Part shown: positions 24,159-35,720 of the stretch, one piece after another
Position numbering within the stretch: position 1 is the stretch's first letter
How the letters are laid out: every line of letters starts with the position of its first letter
NCBI GenBank assembly: GCA_013265495.1
Contig: MU057887.1
Span: 1,065,985-1,129,984 of the forward strand
DNA length: 64,000 nt
Direction of reading: 5' to 3'
Source: Vicugna vicugna
Lineage: Eukaryota
Position numbers and translations under genes: made by a program
The notes under the pieces: model-generated
Database searches by the model: none
What the model was told of the DNA's origin: nothing
What the model saw: the letters and a program-made list of their open reading frames with translations, nothing else

Positions 24159-24176
24159 TGTGTGTGTGTGTGTGTG
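24159..24176. repeat. (TG)9 microsatellite
   Basis: Read directly. Confidence 0.9.
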
Positions 24177-25289
24177 TTTGTGAACGTATCTCAAAGGTAT
24201 GAAGCATTCTAGAGTTCGCACTTGGGAATGTTTTATGTGAGAAAATTAACCATATATTTATTTTCAAAAATCCCCTTTTGGTCGTTACCGAGCTTGCTTA
24301 TTATTTTGAAAAAAACAAGATTTGGTATTAAAAGTTCCTGGTACTTACAGAGTTTAGATTTCTGCCTTCAGCCCAGTCTCTACAGCATTTTTGTTGTTCT
24401 AGAGTCCCCAGGGCTGCTAAACCACAAAATGTCTTTAATATGTTTTTTATAAAGTAGTTGAACCATACCGTAAGAGGGGGAAGGGGGTACTTATCATGGC
24501 AGTTAGCGGTTGGGCCCTTCCTTGGTGTGGCCGGAGCAGGAGTGGGTGACAGCAGTAACTCTGGGGCTTTTGGAGACTGCCCTGCACATACTCATCTCGT
24601 GGGAACGTTTTCTCTTACTCCACACGTCCTAGTCAGGTCTGGGAATTGTAATAGTGAAGAAAATGATAAAGGACTGTGCTAGACCAGAGAGGCTGTTTTT
24701 CCCTGCGGGATTGTTAGAACGTGGGTGCTGCGTTCCCGAGTCTCAGGCTGCTGAGAACGTCCTTTTCTGAGGAAAGAAGAGGTGGACCCCCTTAGTCCTT
24801 GAAGCTGGGAGGGCCACCCTGGACCTTCCTCAAGGAAAGAGTGAAATCCACCCCACTGTGAAATCACCCCTGCTTGGGCTATCTCTGCATGGTGTCCGCA
24901 GCTGTGGAAAGTGAAAGTTGGCCAGGATTTCAGTGAAAAGATTAACTGGAAAACGTGTCTATTCCACTTTCCAAAACTGAATTTTCTCATAAGAGAGAAA
25001 AAAAAGCTATCCCTAGAAAGAAGAGACCATGGTAAAATTCTAACCTACAGGGAAGTCGTTTTGGAAGAGTTCTTAATTGATCCTGGTTTTTCTTCCTTCC
25101 TTCCCCTCCAAGTCGTGTATGTCATACAGTGGTGGCAGTTACGTGTGTGTCTAGCACGATTCAAGGCCAAGGTCATGGGGGTCTAGGGAGTCTGCAAGGT
25201 GGGTGAGTGGGCCTCAGAGGCCCCAGCTGAGCTGCTCCAGCTGCCCCAGCCCAGCCTTGCCCCTGTGCCCAGGGCCCCCTGCCTGGGCA

Positions 25290-25440
25290 GTCCAATCCAA
25301 CGTGGAATGGAGTTTCCTGGGAAGCAGGGCACACGAGGAACTTTTGAATTTACCAATGGCATAAAAAGTATATATATTTTTATGACAACGGGCAAGTTTC
25401 AATTGGTTGACAGAAATGGCGAGATGTGACGTCAAGGGAC
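25290..25440. promoter_or_regulatory. Promoter-type motif cluster upstream of CpG island 4
   Basis: CCAAT near 25292 and 25352, ATTGG at 25402, AT-rich TATA-like tract at 25361-25382, YY1-like AAATGGCG at 25414, and a palindromic CRE TGACGTCA at 25427-25434. Confidence 0.5.
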
Positions 25441-25729
25441 ACTGGTTAGAATGCCAAGGCCGGCTTGTGTGTGGGGGGGTAGACAGGCACAGAGAGACAC
25501 TGGGATGGGGCCCAGGAGGCCTCATTTCTCTCGGGCCCCTGACGCGGGCATCCGGGGACAACGAGGTCCATCTGGCTCTGAGCAAGGGCATGCCCAGGCA
25601 GGGGGATGGGGTCCCAGCAGAGTGACCCCATATCGGCGTCCCCAAGCGCCAGAAATCACTCAGGCGCTCCTGCCAAACAGGCAGAAAAAGCAGCTGCGGC
25701 CTTCTTGTCATTCTAACCAGTGTCCAGAC

Positions 25730-27911
25730 TCTGGAGCCCGGCTGGTCGCGACCGCGGGAGAGGGCGCGGGAAGGAACCGCGCGACCGAGGGGCAGCAGTG
25801 TAGTCGTCCGGCTCCAAGACAGCAAAGCTGCGGCCTAGAACTTCTCCCCGCAGCTCCTGCGCCCTGGGCCGGTGTAGCAGGAAGTTGTTTCTGCGGTGAA
25901 GGAAGGGAGCGCGGTTGGAGCTGGGCAGCGGCTCCGGGCACAATGCCCCCGCCCATCCCACGCCTCCCCGGGCACCGTAAGGGCCTCCTCTCCGCCAGGC
26001 ACCTTGCACCCCCCTATCTCTGGGCACAGTGCGCTGCCCCTTCTACTTCACCAGATCCCCTACACCACGCCACCGACGCTACTGGGCACCGCGCCTCTCC
26101 CGCAGCTGGGCGAACAGTGTCGGACGAGCAGCCGCGGGTTCCTCCTGGTGCGCGCCTTGCCCCGGGGGAAGCTTCCTGCCACCATCGACCCTAAGCCCTG
26201 TCCCGGAGCCTCGTCTTGCGCTCCACAGTGAACACCAGCCTTGCGGAGATGAGCCCGCCGACCTGCCCGCAGTCCGCGGCGCGCACGGTGCTGCGGCCAG
26301 GCCGGGGACCGTCGGTCCGCCCGGGGTCCCCAAGCCGGGCCCGAACGTGCGCGCGCGCGCCCCGCTGCCCGCAATCATGGCAGCCGTCGCCTCGGAGCGC
26401 AGCCGCCGAGCGCGCTCCGGCAGCCGCCTCGGTGCCAGGGCGGCGGGGGCGGGCCAGGGCCGGGGCGTGCGGACCCCAAGGCGAGAAGCAGAAGGCGGAC
26501 GAGTCCCTGCGGCGCAGTGCCCCCTGCCCAGCGCGGGCAGGCGGGCGGGACCGCGCGGGCGGGGAGCGCCTGGGGCGGCGTGCCCGCGGGGGCGCGCANN
26601 NNNNNNNNNNNNNNNNNNNNNNNNNNNNNNNNNNNNNNNNNNNNNNNNNNNNNNNNNNNNNNNNNNNNNNNNNNNNNNNNNNNNNNNNNNNNNNNNNNNN
26701 NNNNNNNNNNNNNNNNNNNNNNNNNNNNNNNNNNNNNNNNNNNNNNNNNNNNNNNNNNNNNNNNNNNNNNNNNNNNNNNNNNNNNNNNNNNNNNNNNNNN
26801 NNNNNNNNNCTCCAGGTCCCCCGTACCCCCTCCCCCGCCCTGATCCGGCGGCGAAGGGGTGGGCAGGGAAACGGGCTCTCTGGGACAGGTGCCAACTCCG
26901 AGACAAAAGACATAAAATAGGCGGCAACGGGGGAAGCGCGGCCGGCGCGCTCGGGCGGGGACGGAGGCGCCGCGGGGGCCGCATCCTCGGTGCCGACCGG
27001 GGAAAGTTTGGGAAGTCGCCGCGGCGGCTTCGCAGCGGCGGGGGACACACGGGCCAGGCCGCCCTCCGCGCCGCGCTTGCCCTCTCCGCGCCGCTGCTGA
27101 ATAATTCATGGCGCGGTCGCCGGCCATTAGCATGCACCGGGCGCGCGGCGCGTCTGTGCCCAGCTGCCGCCGCCGCCGCATTCGGCGCCCTGGCCGCGGT
27201 AGATGAGCGGCCGCGCGGAGGCCGGGCCCGCGCTGTCCCCGCGCTCGCCCTCCGGTCCGCCTGCCCGGAGGCTCCCATTGTGCCCCGGGCCCGCGCCGCT
27301 CGGCCGTCCTGTGACTGCCCGCACCCCGCAGCGCGCCCGACGGCCGGGCGCTGGAAGTTCGGACCCCGGGCACCCGCCCGCCCGCCCTGGGATGCACGTG
27401 AACTTGGAGAAAGTCGCGGGGCGCGCCAGCGCGGACCTCCGCGGCAGGGCGTGGGCGCCCCCGGCCCGGCGCGCTTTCGTTTTCGTCCCGGACAAAGGTC
27501 CTTCGCGTTGCAGGTCACGGACGTGGAGACCGTGTACTGCGGGGTACTCTTCGGGGAAGTCCAGTTGTTCAAGACAGGGAAGCCGGATCCGGGAGGAGAG
27601 GAGCAGCGCGGTCCGATGCTCGGTGCGGGACCAGGGAAGTGGGGCCTGGCCGTGCGCTTCGCCCGCGCGGTCCCGGAGCTGTCCGGCCCTGCGAAGAGTT
27701 GCGGGAGATGGCATCGCTTTGCTCTCTGCCCTTCCGACGGGTGAAGGAGAGAATCATCCGGAACTCAGGACTCAGACCGAGGGCCTGTGCAGCCGTGGGC
27801 ACGACAGCGCAGCGCTGGCCGCGTCCGGGCGGGCGCGTCCCTCCGGCAAGGGCAGAGCAGCCGACCAGCGCGCCAAAGCCTCGGTCGGGTTCAAGTCGAC
27901 TCTTGGGGACG
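25730..27911. promoter_or_regulatory. CpG island 4 (largest), candidate promoter
   Basis: About 2.2 kb of very high CpG density, ending at a consensus donor ACG|GTAAGT (27911/27912) where the composition turns AT-rich. Confidence 0.85.
26599..26809. other. Assembly gap (211 N)
   Basis: Run of N inside the most GC-rich part of island 4. Confidence 0.99.
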
Positions 27912-30614
27912 GTAAGTGGATTTCTCACTTTCGCTACTTAGTGAATATTTAAATACTAATGAAGGGATTTCTAAGAAGACCCCTTCTGTAGGGCAGGCCT
28001 TCCACAGACGAGGGGACACGGGAAGGAGGTTGTTCTTGAACCTGAAGCCGCACCAGCAGCTTACAAGAACTCCAGGGCCGGCATGAAAATTCTGCAACTT
28101 GGAATTTGTGAAATACAGCTTCTGATCTCAGGTGTGCAGGCCGTTTGCCAGGGAGAATTATGTTGAACACGTAAAACGGCGTCCGCAGGCATCTTAAAAA
28201 GAACAGAAAGAAAAGAGCAAGCATCTGTTTTTAGATTAGATGTTTGGAAGGGTTATTTGGAAGCTACAGTCATTTCTTGAAAAATTGAAATCTTTCATTC
28301 ATTTCCTAAACCAGCAGCGACTTTTTTTTTCCTGCTGGTCAGGCGTTCATGAAGAGCTGGTTTAGGGCGGCCCTGGGTCAGGCATTGGCCGAATGGGCCG
28401 GTGGAGTGAAAGGCCTGTGTGTGGAAGCTGGTGTTTATGGTGGCATAAAACGAAAAGCAACTCATAACTTTTCATAATAAATCCCCCTTTATAGGTGGCT
28501 CACACACAGGCCCAGCCGGCAGCCCTGGGGAATTTGTGGGGAGCAGAGAGGGGCAGGGGGAAAGGAATGCACGTTTGCCATAATTACGGGGTTTTAAAGT
28601 AACACTGAAATTAATTTCTTCAAAGTTGGGCCTTAGAGGCCAGGGCAGTCTCTGTAGGCCAGCACCACTTTCGTTTTATTTTGGGTTGTCGATTCTAGCT
28701 ATTGGGGATTTTTAAAATGCAGGTTTGTACTTGCATGTACCTATCCCCTTAAAATGAAACCCATAAGTCGGGGGGGAGGTTAAGCCCCCTTTTTAATATT
28801 ATTGTATCGCAGGTGTGATTTCCCCTTTACTCACCTCCATCTGATTGATGTGGTTTGGATAACCTAGCTGGATGCTCTGACCACAAAATAATGGGGGGGC
28901 CCTGTTTCCAGACACCCCAGAGCTGTGAGCTGGCACTTGGAGGCCATGTTTCCGGGAACGTGGACAGAGGCCTGAGTGGCCCAGGCCTGTCTCACGCCTC
29001 CCTTTCCCTGGGCTGCCTGGTGTCTAGATCTGAGGGGAGAACCATTTCAATAAGGTCTTGCCCACCTGGCACCGAGGCTGAAAGTTTGCTTTGTACTGCA
29101 GAGCTGTCTTCGCCATCTTTTTCGCTAGGCCGTCATACACCCCCAGTCCCCCGTTTTGAATTTGTATTTATGACTTTTGTCAGAGGCAGTTGGCAGACAT
29201 GAAACCTGGGGTGGGACATTCAGGAGTGATCTTAGAAACCGGGGGGCGCAGCTGCCAAGGCGTGCCACTCCAGCCTGGAGCCGCTGTTCGCCTGGCGTTG
29301 GCGGTGATGGGTTTCCTAATTATAAAAAAGCCCAAGTTCCATCAAGCCTTGTCTGTAAAATGCGGGAGACACCTTCCCAGGTCCACAGATGACCTGTAGC
29401 ATGCTGCATGGGGCGCAGGGTGGTGTGGCATTATGCTTGGGCTGTTGGGTAACCCCCGGGATTAAAACAGACCCTGAAACAAGGGGCATCAGTTGCTCCC
29501 TCTCCACAGGCCTATGGGCCAGACACTGGGAGCAGGGAAGGGCCTGAGCATCTGAGGAAGCCCCCCTAGGGCCACCTGGAGGGGGGTGCTAGTCATCAAA
29601 GCTCTAGAGGCCCACCTCCTGCCCCAAGGGTGCCCCTGGCACAGGGGACGTGATAGGGCTGAGAGTCCATGGCAGACAGTGGGCCCTGCCCACAGGCAGA
29701 GGCCCTGCCTTTGTCCTTGTCCTTAGAGCCAGCCCATTTCCACTGGAGACTCCCCATGGAGACTCGGGTCCTACTAGGGTTGTCTTCCTGCATTGGGATG
29801 TCTCATCTGGGCAAAATTTATTTTTGAGGACACGCACATGAGAGACGAGGTTCTGAAAATGAAACTGGCACCTGTCTGTTTTTTATCACTCTGGATTTAA
29901 TAGGAAGAATGTGTTAAGTGGGGGCCAGGGCCTTATGGACCGTGGCGGGCTGGCGGGAGGATGGCCCTGGTGTTCCTGTTTTCTGTTTTAAACCAGAACC
30001 AACCCCAGGGAGGGCCCTGGCCTGTACTGAGGCTTCATCATGCCCAGCCTCTGGCCACTGGAGGCCCCAGGTCCCAGCCTCGGCGTCTCCGGGATGCTGG
30101 GGAGGCCAGCAGCTCAGCGCAGGCCGTCTGTGGTGATGAGGCCCCCACCGTGCCCGGGTCTGTATGCCGCCTGAACACGTGCAGATGGCATTTTGCTTCG
30201 CTCAGAGGGAACAGCAGGGAGTTCTGCGGCCAGGTTCCCTTGAGTACCTGTGGTTTGCACCTCGCTGGGGCCGATCTCACGGGCTTGCATCCTCAGATGG
30301 GCGCTGGGGCCTGCTTCACACTGGTGTGGCAGGCAGCCTGTGGGGCCAGGGGAGGGGTAAAGGGCTTTGCCCACCCTGACGGGCACCCTGCATGGGTGGG
30401 TGCTCCTTGGTGTCCAGGGAAATGGACATGTGCCCCCAGGGAGGGGCAGTGCTCAGGAAGGAGAGGAGGCCCCACAGGCCAGGCAGGCAGACATTTTAAA
30501 ACCATCACACTTGGCTGATGTTGGGCTGGGAGGGTGTATTTGCATGTTTGGGGAGGATAGAGACTACCCTTGCAGAATTCCCATAAAGCCAGGGTGTCCT
30601 AGCTCACATCTGGC

Positions 30615-30820
30615 GGCTCCGATCCAGTCCCTGCCCCTAGCTTGCCATGTGGCCTTGGACAAGGCACATTACCTCCCTGGAGTGTACCCCAGGCTCTAGA
30701 GCAGGAATCATAATTCCGACCTCAGAGGGCCATTGGGAAGGTTCAGACGACGTTAATTCCACAAACCACGGTTCCTGGCACGTGGCGGGGACGCCGTAAA
30801 TGGCTGTCACTGTAATTGTT
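30615..30820 (+). mobile_element. MIR SINE, degraded
   Basis: TTGCCATGTGGCCTTGGACAAGGCACATTACCTCCCTG...ACCTCAGAGGG...CCTGGCACGTGG...GTAAATGG. Confidence 0.65.
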
Positions 30821-33800
30821 TTTGTTGTAAATGGTAATCGCCATTTTTATTGCTAATTATTATTATATTTTAAAGTTTTTAAGAAACAGAGAGCCCAGTT
30901 TTGGTTTCACTAGACAGGACATCTGGGAGTTAACCTCCTCCTCCTTCCTCCACCCAGGTGGTAGCGAAAGTGAACCTTGGTATTTTCAAGGCAGATTGTC
31001 AGGAGCTTGCAAAGCCTGGGCCTTCCTTGTCACTTGGCTGAGAAGCGCTGGGTCCCCTTGGGGTCCCAGGACGTGCTCATGGAGGAGAAACACCTTTTAG
31101 AAATGGGCCCTCCCCTAGAATGGCACTTGAGCTCACCTGGGTGCTGGCCCCTGGGAGTCTGACCAGGGAAAGACCAGGGCTTGGGGGTCCAGAGTGGCCA
31201 CGCCAGCCACGGTGTCCTTGTCCGCAACGCGGGTGGCAGTTTGGTGGGAGGAATTTTCACCACTCTGACAAGCTAATTGTTTTTTTGGCCCCATACAAGC
31301 GTGCGTTTACCAAAACGCTTGCTTTGGGAGAATTTTATCTCTTAGCTGATCATCCAGGAAGACTCAGCAAGATTGCCCTTTCTCAAAACATCTTGTTGGA
31401 AGAAGAAAGAACCCCAGATGGCATTGGCCATGCCTTCTGATGTTATGGAGCCGAGGAGGGAGAAAAAGCAACAATTGTCTCTGAGCAAAGACAATGGACC
31501 TTTTATATGAAATATTTATTTTCGGGGCCGACCAGTGTCCCGTTGGCTGGGACCGCAGATCACCAGTGTCTGGGCATCCCGGGCCCTGAGGACTCGGTCA
31601 GGGACGAGATTTACAGAAAAGGAAAAAAGAAAGTCCCCTGACCTGCGGTTCTTGGGAGATTTCGGTGGCAATGTCTGGCTTTCTTTATCGAGTGGAGTTT
31701 AAACTTTCGCGAGTTTATTTTTTCTTCCTCTGTGACTTCTTTTGAAGGGCCGCAGGGGCGTGTTGGCAAGCACCGTAAAGGTAGCCGGGCTTCAGATCGT
31801 GGGTTGCGCGGGCCCCCCCTCCGGCCAGGCCCAGTCGGCCTTTGTCTGCTGGAGGGTCGCAGAATGGAGGTGAGGGAAACTGGGACTAAGAGGAAGGGTC
31901 TGTCCCCAGGGCGTCGAGGGGAAGCCACAAGAGCAAATTCAGATAGTATTTGTAGTTCTCTGGTGTCCTTTACTCCTCCCCAAAACCCCTTCTTCCGTGA
32001 ACTTGGGTTTGGCCAGCAGGTTATCAGAGAATCTGGCCTGACTTGGCAGTGCCTCACATAGGCCCTCAAACACCGACGTCCCCGGCTGGGCAAACTGGGC
32101 CCAGAGTTCACGCTGGATGGACGTTTTCTGAACTGATAGAATGAGCAGAATTTTACTCCAAGGCCTCCTCGCTAGCCAGCTCCCTCTTCCCCGCTCTGCA
32201 GCTGCGGGCAGTGCCGGAGCTGCCGACCCCACGTCTTCCTCCTCCAGTCCCAGATGTGGCGCAGCCGGCAAGGCACCCTGGGAAGCCAGGCCCGGATCCC
32301 AGGCTCACGCCAGGAACCCCGGGAGGAACTGATCAGGCTGGGCTTGCAATGGGAACATCGGGGAACCAGTCCCAGTGTTGGGGGAACGTTGGGAAGGCCG
32401 TGGTGGACAGTTGGCCCCAGACGCCCACCAATGTCTGGCTGGTGGAGGACAGAGGAGGGAGTGGCCCTGATCAGGGTGGGTGATAAGGGACCCCTCCCTG
32501 CCAAGCCTCCCCTTTATCCAAAAGACTTTTGGCAAATTGTAATACCTGACTTGCAAAGGTTTTGTTTTTAAAATTGCTGTTGCATTGTTTTTTTTTTAAT
32601 CCTGGAACCTCTTAGCTGTGGTCTGTTTCACCTTCTGCATTAACTGCCCCCCCAAATGCTATGAAGAGAGCCCTGTTTGCGGGGAGTGGGGTAACCATGA
32701 CAGCCTCCGAGCCCACGCGTAGAATGAGTAAAATTGAAATGGAAAAGACCGAAATCTCACATCATGAGGCAGAGCTATCCTAAAACATAAGCTTTTATTT
32801 ACTTTTTTTTTTATGGGAAACGTGTGTTTGAGTCCGGATTCAGGAGTCTTGCCTTTAGGGACAGCGGCTCAGAACCGCGTGGATGTATAAATCGAGCGCC
32901 TCAGCAAACGGACGGGCTCACTGTTTAACCAGCGCCTGAGAGGTTTTCCGAGCAGTGGTGTTACCAGTAGAGGCGTTGGTTACTGTCGCCAAATGAGATT
33001 GGTAGTTGTGGTTGGAAAAGGTGTGCATGGGACGTACAAAGGAAGTGCCAAATTTTCTTTTCTTCCTTTTTTTTAGGAGTGACAGAATTTTCCCTTAAGA
33101 TAAAAAAAGAGTGTTGTCCCGATGCTTTTGGTTTCTAACGCCAGGGCTGGGTTCTTCTGTGAATTGCCTTTCCTTAATTCTAAGATTGCAGATGGTAGGA
33201 AGAGCATTTAGCTGAAATATTTACCTGCTGATTCCTGGCTCTTAAATCTAGATTCGCCTTTCATGTGTTTAAGAGCGATATTTACATTCAAATCAGCCTT
33301 TTATAATTACATTTTAAATTATAATGAAATGATGGGGCCGGGATTCAGTCTTCCATGGGTTTAAACAGTAAGACACCAGCCTAGTCTAGGCTCCCGAGCA
33401 GGCATGAGCAGGCATCCGACATGCAGATACTGGCCTGCAGGGCCACTTGGGTGTCCTGAGCATGCCAGGGTCGGTGCGTGTTACCTGCAGGGCCCTCCCT
33501 GCCCTGCCTGGAGGAGAAGGGCTCGTGGATGGAGATTCTGGCCCCGGCACAGTGGCGATGCTGCCAAACATGACAGGACACCGTTCATTCTATCTGAGAA
33601 GGGCCTGATTGAGGCCTGGCTGCCCCGCCGCCCTGGCTGATGTGTTGTATCCCCAGCCCCACGCCCGCCCTCAGGCTGGGGGTGGAGGGCACTCTCTCCT
33701 GGGCAGCCAGCTGGGCACAGCAGCGGCCACTTCTGGTGGTGATGATACTGGGGGGGGCATGCCCACCTCCTCCTGCAGCTGTAACTCAGCTTCTGCCTCA

Positions 33801-34899
33801 TCTCCCCTGTCAGGGTGGCCCCCAAATGGCTCCGCAGTTTTCAGTGGCTTCCCCTACAGAGCATGGGGGACCCTCTCCTCCCGGGGCCGGGCTGTTGGCA
33901 GCTGGGCCAAGCTGTTCCTGGAATTGAATTCCCGGTGTTCCTGGTCGGGCGCGTGGCATCGGAATCCTACCTGCTTTGTCTCTGGCATCAGCTGGAGAGC
34001 TAGTCACATGGCCGTGTGCGTGAGACCGGAGCCGAGGACAGAGGGCTCCTCCCGGGTGCTTCCTTCCCGCTCACTCACTCCCCCCGCCCCCTTCGCTTTG
34101 GTCATGGCGGTCTCTGAGCAGGCATAAAGCAGTATTCAAGTAAAACGTGCTCCAGGCAGTGGGGGAGCTCCCATCCATGGATGCGGAGGTGTCCAGGTAC
34201 CCCAATACCTCCAATCATTACAGACAGGAAGGACCATGAGCCGGGGCCCGTGTGTGAACTCTGGCCGTGGTGGCCCAGCCTTGGTCACTCCACGCCATCT
34301 CTTCTACTCCCAGAGCTGGCCCTGCCTGCCCGGGGGCCCTGCCCACATTCACACCCTTGTGGCTCACCCTGCACAGGTCAGTGGTCATCGCCTCAGCTCC
34401 TGGCCACAGAAAACGCCGAAGGAAAGACCTGGGCAAACAGGTTAGCCGTGTGGCCGTGGCTCAGTGCCCTCAGGAAAAGGCCGGGAGTCTGATAAATCTC
34501 CAACTAAAAATGCCCACGTTGAACCTCAAGGCCACTGACCCAGGTCAGAGGGCTGGAGCTCCCGTCCAGCACAGGTCACCGTTCCTCCTCGTGGTGGGGA
34601 TTTGCCATGGTGAAACTGGTGGATCTGTGATGACTGGAAGGGGTGTGGTGACCTGCCTGGAGCCTGAACTGAAGTCCTTGCCACGGCCTGGCTGTGTGCA
34701 TTTTTCATTGTGTCATCACAGCAGCCCCAAGCGGTAGGAGCCGTGATCCCTATGGATGGGGAAACTGTAGACAGATGGGGAAACTGAGGCTGGGTTGGGT
34801 GGCGTGGCTTGCTGAGGGTTGGGTGGCTGGTCAGACACAGGGCTGGGTTCCAAGGGGCGGCCCGGCTCTCAGCCTGAATGGTACGGCCTCCTGAGGTGT

Positions 34900-35720
34900 C
34901 GGCTAGAGTGGGCTTGCGCTGGGGGCCGGGACCAGTGAGGTGGGGGCCCTCGGCCCTGGGGTGCTGGCCGCTGCCTGCCCCTCGGGCGGGCGCAGCGTGG
35001 GAACAATGTGGCCTCTATCCCGGGAGCAGCCCGGCCAGGCAGGCCGCCCGCAACATGGCGCCCAGGGCCGCGCCGCCTGTCCACGGGGAGGGCTGGCGCC
35101 TGGGCCCGGCCCGGCTCCCGGCGTCCTCCTCGGGCTGGCCGCTGAGTGGCCAGACGCTCCTGCTGCCTCGTCCCTCCCACTCGGCCGCCCCCCTCCCCGG
35201 TGGTGGGTTTGGGGGTCCGGCCCACCCGCCTCTGCCACGTCTGCCATCCTCCCGGCACCCATGAGCATCTTTCAAAAATTCCCGGTGGGCGGGGCCGAGC
35301 CGCAGCGGCCGCCTCTGGCCCCCCCTCCCCGGGCAGCCAGTGCCAGATGAGAGCAGGAGACAAAAGTAGCATTTTCCTCGTCCTCCTGGGCTGGCAGCAG
35401 GGCCTCCCCAGCGCCACTTGGCTCCTGGCAGCCCTGCCTCCGGGTACCGGGGTGGCCGAGGCCCAGGCCGCGCCGGCCAGGACCCAGGGACCGGCGGCCG
35501 GTGGTGGCCACAGATCAGGCGCCCGAGGGCCTGTCGGACGGGGGCTGGCACCTGGGGACGGCCTGCTGGCCAGCGGGACCTGCCCTCCTCTGCTTGCGCC
35601 GGTGACCAGCCGGGCGAGGGACCCGGTTTTCACTGCCTTGCTTTTGCGGAGCTCCCCATCCTCCTGCGCCCGGGGTAAGTCTCCTTCTTCCCGTCTCTCA
35701 TGCTGGAGACGAGCCGGGGG
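34900..35720. promoter_or_regulatory. CpG island 5, candidate promoter
   Basis: CpG-dense. YY1-type AACATGGCG at 35052-35060 and TGCCATCTT at 35724-35732, GC box near 35287, donor GGG|GTAAGT at 35674/35675. Confidence 0.75.

Noticed and set aside
26029..27744. 571-aa and overlapping 497-aa and 340-aa ORFs
   Set aside because: They run through the N gap, are low-complexity Arg/Gly/Pro/Ala, and are open in several frames on both strands. This reflects stop-codon scarcity in a CpG island.
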